From a virus: DNA of 64,000 nucleotides. The stretch covers positions 1 to 64,000 of IMG/VR virus record IMGVR_UViG_3300028197_000003. One strand, written 5' to 3'. The translations under genes and the position numbers were made by a program. The stretch's first letter is position 1; each line of letters begins with the position of its first letter. Shown here piece by piece: positions 8,325 to 18,300 of the stretch. The notes beneath the pieces were generated by a model. That model ran no database searches, was not told the origin of the DNA, and saw nothing but the letters and a program-made list of their open reading frames with translations.

Positions 8325-9700
8325 TTGGATTTTCTGAGGGGTTTCACGACGCCGGACTGGCGGTTGTTCGTAATAAAAAGATTATCTTTGCTGCACATAG
8401 CGAAAGATACTCTAAGAAAAAGCATGACAAACGATTATGTGATGAACTTGCCTTTTATGGCGAATCACTCAACACAGGTGATGACGTAATCGCTTTTTAT
8501 GAGAAACAGTTCCCAAAACGTGTCAGGCAATTTTTCGCTGGACAAAACCACTGGCGTAAACGAAGACATCTAGCGTTACGACCAAATATCGGTTTTCCTC
8601 ATCATCAATCACATGCTGCAGCAGCATTCCAGACTTCATGCTTTGAAGAAGCAGCATGTGTTGTTGTAGATAGTATTGGTGAATGGGATTGTAGTTCTGT
8701 ATGGACTGCAAAGATGGTTGATGGTAATGCTGTCTATAAAAAACGTTGGTCCCGTAGATATCCAAAGTCTATAGGTCTTTGGTACTCTGCTTTGACTGGA
8801 TGGGCAGGTCTTCGTCCTTTAGACGAGGAATATATCTTTATGGGTATGGCAGCGTTTGGTAAACCCCATTATGTTGAAGAGGTAAGAAAACTCTTGTCTC
8901 AAAACAACCATCGTGGTTGCCATTTAGATATTGAGAGTAAGGAAGACGTTGCTGCTAGTGCACAGGTCGTTCTAGAGGAAGAGTTAGATAAGATTTTTGA
9001 TATTGCTCTTAGATACAGCGATAATGTCTGTTATGGGGGTGGTGTTGCATTGAATTGTGTTGCTAATACCAAACTACGTAAAAGGTGCAACTTATGGATC
9101 ATGCCCAACCCAGGTGACGCTGGTGGGGCACTTGGTGCTGCTCTATTGGCATCAGGTAAGAAAGTAGAGTTCACTCCTTACACTGGGTATAAGATCGACC
9201 GTAAAGTTGATCCTGAAGCAGTTGTAGATGTTCTTTTGAAGGATGGCATCTGTGGTATAGCAAATGGTAAGGCAGAGTATGGTCCTCGTGCTTTAGGTAA
9301 CCGTTCTTTGATTGCGGACCCCCGATCATTTGCAAATAAGGATCGAGTCAACGAAATCAAGAAGAGACAGAAGTTTAGACCATTTGCACCCGCAATTCTG
9401 GAGGAGCATTGTCAAGATTACTTTGATATGCCAGAGCACTCTCGATACATGTCTTATGTCTATCAATGTAAGCGTCCAGACGAGATTCCTGCCTGCGTGC
9501 ACGTCGATAACAGTGCAAGAGTACAAACGGTGCCCGAGACTAGTGAAAGCGTCTTCAGAGCGATTCTAGAGGCATGGTACAAGCGTACAGGTTGCCCTGT
9601 ACTTCTAAATACATCATTGAACATTCGTGGCATGCCAATGGTCAATGAATGGTCTGATGCACTTGATTTCTCTAACAAGTATAACGTTACTGTATTATGA
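8321..9700 (+). CDS. Carbamoyltransferase, NodU/CmcH family
   Basis: HDAG, SERYSKKKHD, HHQSHAAAAF, GGVALNCVAN, PGDAGGALGAA, GPRALGNRS, RPFAP, HVDNSARVQTV, LLNTSLN. Confidence 0.92.
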   Translation: MIGFSEGFHDAGLAVVRNKKIIFAAHSERYSKKKHDKRLCDELAFYGESLNTGDDVIAFYEKQFPKRVRQFFAGQNHWRKRRHLALRPNIGFPHHQSHAAAAFQTSCFEEAACVVVDSIGEWDCSSVWTAKMVDGNAVYKKRWSRRYPKSIGLWYSALTGWAGLRPLDEEYIFMGMAAFGKPHYVEEVRKLLSQNNHRGCHLDIESKEDVAASAQVVLEEELDKIFDIALRYSDNVCYGGGVALNCVANTKLRKRCNLWIMPNPGDAGGALGAALLASGKKVEFTPYTGYKIDRKVDPEAVVDVLLKDGICGIANGKAEYGPRALGNRSLIADPRSFANKDRVNEIKKRQKFRPFAPAILEEHCQDYFDMPEHSRYMSYVYQCKRPDEIPACVHVDNSARVQTVPETSESVFRAILEAWYKRTGCPVLLNTSLNIRGMPMVNEWSDALDFSNKYNVTVL

Positions 9701-10539
9701 AAATACTATTTTCCGGCGATTCCTTCTGCGAAGGCACTGAACTAGACGGTCGAGAACATAGTATGGAACAAAGGGATACATTACGATATTCAAACGTTGT
9801 AAAAGAATATTTGAACGATCTTTTTGGCATTCAAGTCACATTTGACAATATCGGATATTCTGGTTACTCCAATGATGAGATTACTCGCGATACAGTTGAG
9901 TATTGTGAGAAAACCGAAGTAGATGTTGCTGTAGTTCAGTTCTCACACCCTCAGAGGTGGGCATACTACAGTGAGGTGAAAGAACGCTGGTTTAGTATGG
10001 ATCAGTATGAACATTTTTATGGTTGCCACCCAGAACACAAAGTAATTGAAATTTGTGAGTGGTGGGACACTAATGTCAAGTCTAGAACTCAATATATTGA
10101 CAATTTTTTCAAAAACGTATTTTTACTTGAACAATACTTCAAAGCAAAAAACATTCCTTATGTTTTTCTTCAATTAGAGGAATGGACTAATAATGAAATT
10201 GCAAGTTGCGATACTAAGTGGAAAGAGTTGGTAGACACCAAGCGTGTCAAAGGTGTGACACCATCACAAGAAGAATTTGGTAATAGGGAGTATTTTGTCG
10301 GAGAAACAGATGCTATTTGTCCTACATGGTGGATGAAGGACGAAGAACTAATGAGGGAGTACAGAACTCTTGATCAGAGAGATGAAAAAACAGAATTTGC
10401 CGTTGGTAATGATGAAGACACTCATCGGTGGTTAGGTGGATGGCATCCAGGTAAAAATGGTCATATTGCCATTGCAAAGTGGATTATTCAGGAAATGACT
10501 GATAATGAAAAACTCCACCATCTGTTTCCTGGAATATGA
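9697..10539 (+). CDS. SGNH-like protein
   Basis: FSGDSF, NIGYSGYSN, QFSHPQRW, C-terminal WHPGKNGH; ATGA-coupled on both sides. Confidence 0.75.
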   Translation: MKILFSGDSFCEGTELDGREHSMEQRDTLRYSNVVKEYLNDLFGIQVTFDNIGYSGYSNDEITRDTVEYCEKTEVDVAVVQFSHPQRWAYYSEVKERWFSMDQYEHFYGCHPEHKVIEICEWWDTNVKSRTQYIDNFFKNVFLLEQYFKAKNIPYVFLQLEEWTNNEIASCDTKWKELVDTKRVKGVTPSQEEFGNREYFVGETDAICPTWWMKDEELMREYRTLDQRDEKTEFAVGNDEDTHRWLGGWHPGKNGHIAIAKWIIQEMTDNEKLHHLFPGI

Positions 10540-11789
10540 ATAGAAAGGAGGTAATTGATAATCAAAAAAACAATAGTCTTTGTGCATATCCATTTTTCTC
10601 TGTTAGAAATGGACAATCACATGGATATGCTCCATGTTGCTGGGCACACCGCCAACAACTAGTTGGTCCTGCTACTGACACTGTTTTTGAATATTTTGAT
10701 GGTCCAGAGGCAGTTGAGTTACGCCGTGGAATGTTGAATGGCGAAATAACCAATCAGTGTAAAGGAATTTGTCATTTGTGCCATGAGCGAGAAAAAACGA
10801 GTGGTACGTCTGCTCGTTTGATGATGAAAATCGATGAAAACATGCTTGCTCTTTATAATGATGATGGAACCTATAATCCTGATCACAATCCAGATATTCG
10901 TGAAGTTCTAAATCTAGAACTGAATTTTTATGGTAGTTACTGTAATCTGGAATGTTATGGGTGTCATCCTGCAGATTCAACAACTAGAACTGCTAGATTA
11001 GAAAAAATCTCAGACCTACGAGTTTCTGAGGGAAGAGACGACTGGTTTGCCAAAAATGTTGATGATGTCTACTGGTTACCTACAGATCTCAGAAAAGTTG
11101 ACCCAGATCAATTTCGTAGACTTGTAGAAGACATTATTGATAATGCTGACCGCATTGGTGCCATGGGATTCTGTGGTGGAGAACCAATGGCGATGAAGGC
11201 ACATTTTCAAGTTCTAGATGCTTTGATTCTTGCAGGAAAAGCATCACACATGAAATTGAACTATGTCTCAAATATGACTATGTGGGACATGAAAGTAATG
11301 GAAAAATACCTGAAAGAGTTTAGATACATCCATGTTCAATGGAGTTGTGATGGATTACGTGAAAGAAACCATTATTTGAGATATCCAACAGATTGGGATA
11401 AAACATGGGCAAATGTTCAAGCACTGCGAAAATATTGCAAAGAATCAGGAAAAGGTTCTATGCAGACAACATATACACCTTCTCTTCTAAGTGTGTACAA
11501 AATCAAAGAAGTATTTGAGTTTTTTGAAGAGCAGAATCTAAAATCACGTCCATTTGAAATCTATAACCGATTAGAGAACCCACATTTTCTAAGAGTCAAT
11601 AATCTGCCAGAACCACTCAAAGAGCAGATATTAGATGAAGTAAAAAGTGTTAGTGAGTCAGTTGCTTTAGATATGATGAGACCATGCGAACCTGGGTCTT
11701 GGGAGATTGCAAAAGAGTATTTTGATGATCTGGATAAAACCCGAGGAACCAATTGGAGACTGACTTTTCCCGAACTTGCGGGGTACTAA
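10536..11789 (+). CDS. Radical SAM enzyme with N-terminal SPASM/twitch-like Cys cluster
   Basis: CNLECYGC (CxxxCxxC), GGEP, SCDG; N-terminal CAYP...PCC...CHLC. Confidence 0.85.
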   Translation: MNRKEVIDNQKNNSLCAYPFFSVRNGQSHGYAPCCWAHRQQLVGPATDTVFEYFDGPEAVELRRGMLNGEITNQCKGICHLCHEREKTSGTSARLMMKIDENMLALYNDDGTYNPDHNPDIREVLNLELNFYGSYCNLECYGCHPADSTTRTARLEKISDLRVSEGRDDWFAKNVDDVYWLPTDLRKVDPDQFRRLVEDIIDNADRIGAMGFCGGEPMAMKAHFQVLDALILAGKASHMKLNYVSNMTMWDMKVMEKYLKEFRYIHVQWSCDGLRERNHYLRYPTDWDKTWANVQALRKYCKESGKGSMQTTYTPSLLSVYKIKEVFEFFEEQNLKSRPFEIYNRLENPHFLRVNNLPEPLKEQILDEVKSVSESVALDMMRPCEPGSWEIAKEYFDDLDKTRGTNWRLTFPELAGY

Positions 11790-11792
11790 ATA
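11786..11792 (+). promoter_or_regulatory. T4-like late promoter box (CTAAATA)
   Basis: Overlaps radical SAM stop; 54 bp upstream of glycosyltransferase-like gene. Confidence 0.55.
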
Positions 11793-11845
11793 ATATGGTA
11801 TCATGCATTTAGGCGTGATGCCTTATCAAAAATTGACCTACATGT

Positions 11846-12610
11846 ATGGCTAAAGGTTTCAAGGTGGTAACGACTCCGCCCGAAGGCGAACAAACTACAA
11901 AGTCGGACGAGTTCAGTGTTGAAGCCGCAAGAGAGATGGTAAAGGGTAAGACCTTTGTCTTCTGTCTCCCTGGTCGCGGCGTATCATATATTTTCCTGAA
12001 AAACTTTGTGCAACTCTGTTTTGAGATTGTGCAGCAGGGGGGTGCTATCCAGATCTCTCAAGACTACTCTTCAATGGTCAATTTTGCCCGTTGTAAGTGT
12101 CTAGGAGCAAATGTCCTCCGTGGTCCTGATCAAGAACCTTGGGATGGCAAACTCCAGTATGACTATCAACTGTGGATCGACAGCGACATCGTTTTTGGTC
12201 TTGAACAGTTCTATCGCATTCTCTGGATGGATAAAGAACTTGCTGGTGGTTGGTATGTGACTGAGGATGGTAACACCACTTCTGTTGCACACTGGTTAGA
12301 AGAGGACGACTTCAAGAATAATGGTGGTGTAATGAACCACGAGATGCTTGATGGTATTCAAAAGCGTCGCAAACCTTTTACTGTTGACTACACCGGTTTC
12401 GGTTGGTTACTAATCAAGAAGGGTGTGTTTGAACACAAGATGATGACATACCCTTGGTTTGCTCCTCAGATGCAAGTTTTTGAATCTGGAGAAGTCCAAG
12501 ACATGTGTGGTGAAGACGTATCTTTCTGCCTCGATGCTAAAAAAGCAGGGTTTGAAATTTGGTGTGATCCTAAGTGTCGTGTCGGTCATGAAAAAACTAG
12601 AATCATTTGA
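11846..12610 (+). CDS. GT-A fold glycosyltransferase-like protein (family conserved in T4-like cyanophages)
   Basis: ARCKCLG, YDYQLWIDSDIVF (DxD), VDYTGFGWLLIKKG, GEDVSFC, GH. Confidence 0.75.
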   Translation: MAKGFKVVTTPPEGEQTTKSDEFSVEAAREMVKGKTFVFCLPGRGVSYIFLKNFVQLCFEIVQQGGAIQISQDYSSMVNFARCKCLGANVLRGPDQEPWDGKLQYDYQLWIDSDIVFGLEQFYRILWMDKELAGGWYVTEDGNTTSVAHWLEEDDFKNNGGVMNHEMLDGIQKRRKPFTVDYTGFGWLLIKKGVFEHKMMTYPWFAPQMQVFESGEVQDMCGEDVSFCLDAKKAGFEIWCDPKCRVGHEKTRII

Positions 12611-12643
12611 TTTTATAGATATATCAAGTGATCTCACTCTGAT

Positions 12644-12808
12644 ATGGACAGATACGATATTTTCGTTGATGGAACTAAAATCCACGACGCTATAACCGAA
12701 GACGAAATGGAAGAATTTACACAGGATCTCGCTGATGAGTTTTATAAAACAGGTACCCCTCATCCAGGCAGTGTAGACGTAGTATACATTGGTACAGACC
12801 AAGAATAA
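12644..12808 (+). CDS. Small acidic hypothetical protein (54 aa; not in ORF track)
   Basis: MDRYDIFVDGTKIHDAITEDEMEEFTQDLADEFYKTGTPHP...; followed directly by a terminator. Confidence 0.7.
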   Translation: MDRYDIFVDGTKIHDAITEDEMEEFTQDLADEFYKTGTPHPGSVDVVYIGTDQE

Positions 12809-12811
12809 ATG

Positions 12812-12838
12812 AAAGGGGTTGAGAGACCCCTTTTTTTT
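12812..12838 (+). terminator. Intrinsic terminator
   Basis: GGGGT-TGAGAG-ACCCC stem-loop followed by T8. Confidence 0.8.
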
Positions 12839-12846
12839 GTACTCTA

Positions 12847-12854
12847 AATAAATA
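12847..12854 (+). promoter_or_regulatory. T4-like late promoter (AATAAATA)
   Basis: NATAAATA box upstream of gp25. Confidence 0.7.
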
Positions 12855-12879
12855 CAATGACAAAACACTAGGTCGCGCA

Positions 12880-13284
12880 GTGCCTCTTCAGAGAACATCG
12901 CTACCTTTCAAAGACATTTCACTGTCTTTCAAAAGGCATCCGGTCACTCATGATATTATTCCTCTAAAAAATGAGGACGCTATCAAGCGAGCTGTTCAAA
13001 ATCTAGTACGTATTCAATTGGGTGAAGTATTCTTCAATACCCTATTGGGAACTAGGATTACCGGATCTTTATTTGAATTAGCTGATGGGGACTATGTCGA
13101 TCCTATCAAGAATGAGATTGAAACTACTATTACTAACTTTGAGCCTAGAGTCCGACTTACTGATGTAAAAGTAGAAAGTTTCCCAGATAGTAACTCCCTT
13201 GATATAGCAATCTATTACGACATTGTTGGACAAAATAGTCCATCACAAAGGGTATCATTTGTTCTTGAACCTACTAGGCTATAA
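12880..13284 (+). CDS. gp25: Baseplate wedge subunit
   Basis: FKDISLSF..HPVT.D...LKNEDAIKRAVQNLV...GE; NFEPRV; directly before gp6. Confidence 0.9.
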   Translation: MPLQRTSLPFKDISLSFKRHPVTHDIIPLKNEDAIKRAVQNLVRIQLGEVFFNTLLGTRITGSLFELADGDYVDPIKNEIETTITNFEPRVRLTDVKVESFPDSNSLDIAIYYDIVGQNSPSQRVSFVLEPTRL

Positions 13285-15380
13285 TGGCACTAACACAATT
13301 TACAAATCTGAACTTTGAGGACATAAAGACCTCAATCAAAGACTATCTAAGGGAAAATAGTAATTTCACAGATATGGATTTTGAGGGGTCTAATCTCTCA
13401 ATGCTTATCAATGTTCTTGCATATAATTCGTATAGCACTGCCTATAACACCAACATGGCGGTGAATGAGACGTTTATCGACTCAGCAACGCTTAGAGAAA
13501 ATGTTGTATCTCTAGCCCGTAATATTGGTTATGTACCTCGTTCTGTTCGTGCTTCAAGAGCAGTAGTGGATATTGATATTACTGATCTTCCAACTACCAC
13601 AGAAACTGTATCAATTCAACCTGGGGTTATTGCTAACGGCAGCATATCTGATGTAAACTATATTTTCTCTATTGCGGAAAAGATTACTTTCCCTGCAAAG
13701 GATACTGCAGCAGGTGCTTCTATTGAAATCTATCAAGGACAATATCTAGAGAACAATTTCACAGTCAATAATTCTCTTCCTAACCAGAGATATATCCTTC
13801 CTAACAATGGGGTAGATACATCCACTCTTTCAGTAAAAGTAAAAAACAGTGCTTCTGATAATACTATTATTGAGTATAAATTAGCAAATTCTATTGTTGG
13901 TGTTACTTCAGCATCTAACATTTATCTTATTCAGGAAACAACTGACGAAAAATATGAGATTCTTTTTGGTGATGGAGTCTTTGGTAAGAAACTAGAGTCT
14001 GGCAACGTAGTTACTATTGGTTATATCAAGACCAATGGTAAGGCAGGAAACGGTGTACGTTTCTTCAACTTTGTTGGGACTATGAAAGATCAGGATGGAG
14101 TTACTGAAAGTGGGTTTGCTGCTAACCTTTTTTCTGTTACTCCTTCTGAAAATGGAGACTCTATTGAGTCCCTAGAGAGTGTCAAGTATTATGCACCCCG
14201 TCTGTATGCCGCTCAGAACCGTGCTGTGACGGCAAATGACTATGAGGCAATCTTACCTTCTCTTTACCCTAACATCGAGTCTGTGAGTGCCTATGGTGGC
14301 GAAGAACTGACTCCTCCACAGTATGGTCGGGTATTCATTGCTGCCAAACCCAAGAATGGATTCTTTCTGTCTGATCTGACTAAGAAGCAACTTCTTACAT
14401 CTCTCCGCAATTACACGATTGCAGGTATCCTACCATCTTTTGTAGATCTAAGTTTCTTGTATGTTGAGGTAGATACCTATGTCTACTTCAACACCAATTT
14501 TATTGGTGACGTTGACAATCTCAAAACCAATGTATTGAATTCTCTCACTCTTTATGGTGGGGGTCGTGAAATCAATCAATTTGGTGGTCGATTCAAATAT
14601 AGCGGCATTCAAGCAACTATTGATGGTGTGGATAATTCCATCACCTCTAACATCACGTTAGTAAGAATGCGTCGTGACCTGGTTGCCAAAATCAACCAGT
14701 TTGCACAGTATGAAATCTGTTTCCTAAATCCTTTCTATTGTTCTGGTAGTTCTTACAATATTCACTCTACTGGGTTCAATGTATCAGGTGTAGTGGGAAC
14801 TTGCTACTTCTCAGACAATAAACTCAACGATAAGACTGGTGATCTGTTCCTCTTCCAAATCTTAGAAGATGATCGGGTTCAAGTTATCAACTCCAAGTTT
14901 GGACGAATTGATTATGAGAAAGGTGAGGTTATTCTTGAAACAGTAAACATTACATCAACTCTGGCAGAAAACAATATCATCGAGATTGAGGCAGTTCCTT
15001 TATCTAATGATGTTCTTGCCCGAAATGAAATGTACTTATCGTTTGATGTTGCAAAAAGCAATGTCTACATGCGTGTAGATAGTGTTGCAACTGGTAACAA
15101 TAGTTCTGGTTCAAGGTTCCTTGCTCAGTCTAGTTACTTTACAGATAAGAACGTTCGTGGAACCATTATAACTACTACTGCCGGTTCTACTCTAATCGGT
15201 TATGTAAACGGCGAAAAATATTATGGCGATTACCACGTCATGTCTGACGGAACCAAGATGACTGGTTCTTCACATTTACCTGGAAGTAGGTTGATTACTT
15301 CTTCACCAATAGTCACTACTACTCTTGTTAGTGGGACTTCTTCCTCTTCATCTTCGTCACCATCATCTAGCGGATACTAA
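13284..15380 (+). CDS. gp6: Baseplate wedge subunit
   Basis: LNFEDIKTSIKDYL, FEGSNLS.LINVLAYN, DSATLRENVVSLA, FGDG, AQNRAVTANDY. Confidence 0.92.
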   Translation: MALTQFTNLNFEDIKTSIKDYLRENSNFTDMDFEGSNLSMLINVLAYNSYSTAYNTNMAVNETFIDSATLRENVVSLARNIGYVPRSVRASRAVVDIDITDLPTTTETVSIQPGVIANGSISDVNYIFSIAEKITFPAKDTAAGASIEIYQGQYLENNFTVNNSLPNQRYILPNNGVDTSTLSVKVKNSASDNTIIEYKLANSIVGVTSASNIYLIQETTDEKYEILFGDGVFGKKLESGNVVTIGYIKTNGKAGNGVRFFNFVGTMKDQDGVTESGFAANLFSVTPSENGDSIESLESVKYYAPRLYAAQNRAVTANDYEAILPSLYPNIESVSAYGGEELTPPQYGRVFIAAKPKNGFFLSDLTKKQLLTSLRNYTIAGILPSFVDLSFLYVEVDTYVYFNTNFIGDVDNLKTNVLNSLTLYGGGREINQFGGRFKYSGIQATIDGVDNSITSNITLVRMRRDLVAKINQFAQYEICFLNPFYCSGSSYNIHSTGFNVSGVVGTCYFSDNKLNDKTGDLFLFQILEDDRVQVINSKFGRIDYEKGEVILETVNITSTLAENNIIEIEAVPLSNDVLARNEMYLSFDVAKSNVYMRVDSVATGNNSSGSRFLAQSSYFTDKNVRGTIITTTAGSTLIGYVNGEKYYGDYHVMSDGTKMTGSSHLPGSRLITSSPIVTTTLVSGTSSSSSSSPSSSGY

Positions 15381-15385
15381 TAAAC

Positions 15386-18300
15386 GTGATTGAGACCTCT
15401 CTTACACGAGTAAAAATTCATGAAGTAGTCCAAAGTCAGATTCCAGAATCTATTGATTCAGAGAGTCCGCTTTTTGGGGAGTTCATGAAGCAGTATTATC
15501 TCTCCCAAGAGTATCAAGGGGGAACAATTGATATTGCTGAGAACTTAGTTGAGTATAAAGGTCTTGATGTACTGAACAATAACAATCTGATTGGTTTTGC
15601 TTCAGTTAGTCAATATATCGGTGGTAGAGATAATATCATCTATGTGGATTCTACTAATGGATGGCCTGCATCCTGGGGTCTGCTAAAGATCAACGATGAA
15701 ATTATTACATATACCGGTATAGGCAGCACTTCTTTTACAGGATGTCAGCGTGCCTTTAGTGGTATTGAAAATAATCAAAAAACAAATTCTCCAGAGTTCC
15801 TTACTTTCACTAATAGTGGTTTAGGAACTCATGGCATCGGAGCAAAAGTTACTAACCTAAGTAACGTTTTTCTTCAGACTTTTCTCAAAAAACTCAAAAA
15901 GCAAGTTTTGCCTGGGTTTTCTGAGCGCCCTCTGAACGAGAAAGTCAATCAAAACAATTTCATTCGTCAAGCAAAAGACTTTTTCAGTACAAAAGGTACA
16001 GAAGAATCTTTCAAAATCCTCTTTGGTGCGCTTTATGGCGAAGAGGTTGAGATGCTTCAACCCGCTCGTTACATGATTCGTCCGTCTTCTGCGGACTACT
16101 TGACCAATGATGTTATCCTAGCAAAGGCAAAACGCGGGAATGCTCTGAAGATTGATGGACAAACCATCAGTCAGGGTAATGGTATTAGTGCAAGTGTATA
16201 TTCTGTTGAGTCTACAATCGTAGGCATTCACACTTTTTACGCAATTAGGTTGTCTCAAGATACAACCTTCGGCGCATTTCAACAAACTAATAAGAGTTTT
16301 GTAACCCGTGAAATCCCTTCTGGCGCAACGGTTCTTGACGTTGACTCTACAGTTGGATTTGGAACTGCTGGTTATTTTGGGATGGGTGGGAAAACCTATC
16401 AGTATACAGATAAAAACTATACTCAGTTTATTGGAATAACATCCACTACAGCAGTTACTGCAATTGGATCCACCGTAACATTTGGCGTGGATGCCATTTC
16501 TTATGAGGACGGGGATCTTACTAAACCAGTAAGTGTTGAAGTCGTAGGCATTCTGTCTAAATTTGTTGGCAATTCTGTAAACCAGCAAAGAGAAAGTATT
16601 ATCAATGTCAAGCAACTTGGTAATATTGAAACTGATAATAGATTTACCACCTGGATCCAAAACTCTACACCAAAACATACTCTTGTTGGTTGGAAAGTAA
16701 TCGCTCCTGGAAAGTATCAATTAGATCTAAGTAGACCTCACGATTTCTTAGTAGATGATACATTTGATGTTGTAGATCCTGACAACAATATCAATCCGGC
16801 AACAATTGTTAGTATCATTGATAGCACTAGTATTATTGTCACTACTGCTGCTCTAGATCCTACTATTGTCTACTTTATTCGTAGAAATCTAAAACTTCAG
16901 AATAATTATACAGCTAACGTTCAAGCAACTTATAGAGATCCTAATGATGCAGTGTTTGTAGCATCAAACAGTCTGCCTCATTGGCCAATAAATGCTTCTA
17001 AACGTTCTCGGACATTATATCCATTTTTGAAACCGTTTGGCACTGAACTTGAGATTATTGACCACCACTTTGCTGATGGTGATATTGTTACATATAATTC
17101 TGTTCAAGGTTCAAAGTTAGAAAACCTTATTGAGGGTGACTCATATTATGTAAAACGTATCAATGGCAATAAGTTCTCTCTTGCTTTTACTTCAGAGAAT
17201 GTTCGTAATGGAAACTATATTGTCGGTATTACAACCTCAGATTCTAATACAAATACTGAGCATAGTTTTACGCCTGTTCAATTTGTCGATAAGGAAAACT
17301 CTCCACAGAGTTTACTTCGCAAGTTTCCTGTCGCGACTTTTGATGAAATTTCTCCAATGTCTGCACCTGGTCCGATTGGACTATTTGCAAATGGTGTTGA
17401 AATTCATTCTTATAAATCAACTGAAAAAGTATTCTATGGTGCTCTGAATACGATTGATATTTTGAACTCTGGTTCAAATTACGATATTATAAACCCCCCT
17501 CGGTTATCCGTCTCACAGAGCGGTCACACTGGAATAGGTGCATCTTGCGTTGCTCAAGTCAAAGGCACCTTGAAGGAGATCCTGGTTGACACTGAGGGCG
17601 TAGATTATCAGGAGATGCCTCTGGTAACAATCAAAGGTGGTAATCATAAAGGATCTGCAGTCATCATTCCCCAGTTGAAGATTGTTGCTCAAGAAATAGA
17701 GTTTGATGCAACCTCTTCTGGTGGTGTTGTCAACACTGAGGAAGATAGGTTTCAGTTCAAGGCACCTCATGGGTTCAAACCTGGTGAAGCAGTTATCTAC
17801 ACCACTGGTGGCACCAGTGAGATTGGCATTGGCACTACACCGGGAAATTTGATTGATGGTAACCCATACTATGTGGTTGTCAAGGATGATTTTGAAATTA
17901 TGTTGTCCGAATCTCCTACAAAGGCAATTGCAGGAATCGGTACTATCCCTATTGATAGCAATGGTGCTGGTGTACACAAGTTGTCTACTATTGATCGTAG
18001 AAATAAACTAGACAAAATTTATGTTGATCAATCAGGAACTTTCTATAATAGAACTCTTAGAGTTACGTCAGGCACTGTTGGAATAAACACGTTTATTGAT
18101 GCTTTCTATTATCCTAATCATGGATTTGTCAATGGAGATCAAATTAGATATGAGGCACCAGACGCTATTGCTGTTGGTGGACTGAATAAAGGGTCAGATT
18201 ACTACTGCCGAAAGATTGACGAAGATAGTTTCCGTCTAGCAACAGTTGAAGATGGTGATTCCTATGTCTCACTCCTCAGTAATGGTAGTGGCAGTCATTT

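Noticed and set aside
16118-16720. 200-aa antisense ORF within gp7-like gene
   Set aside because: Shadow frame of a strongly supported gene; no motif.
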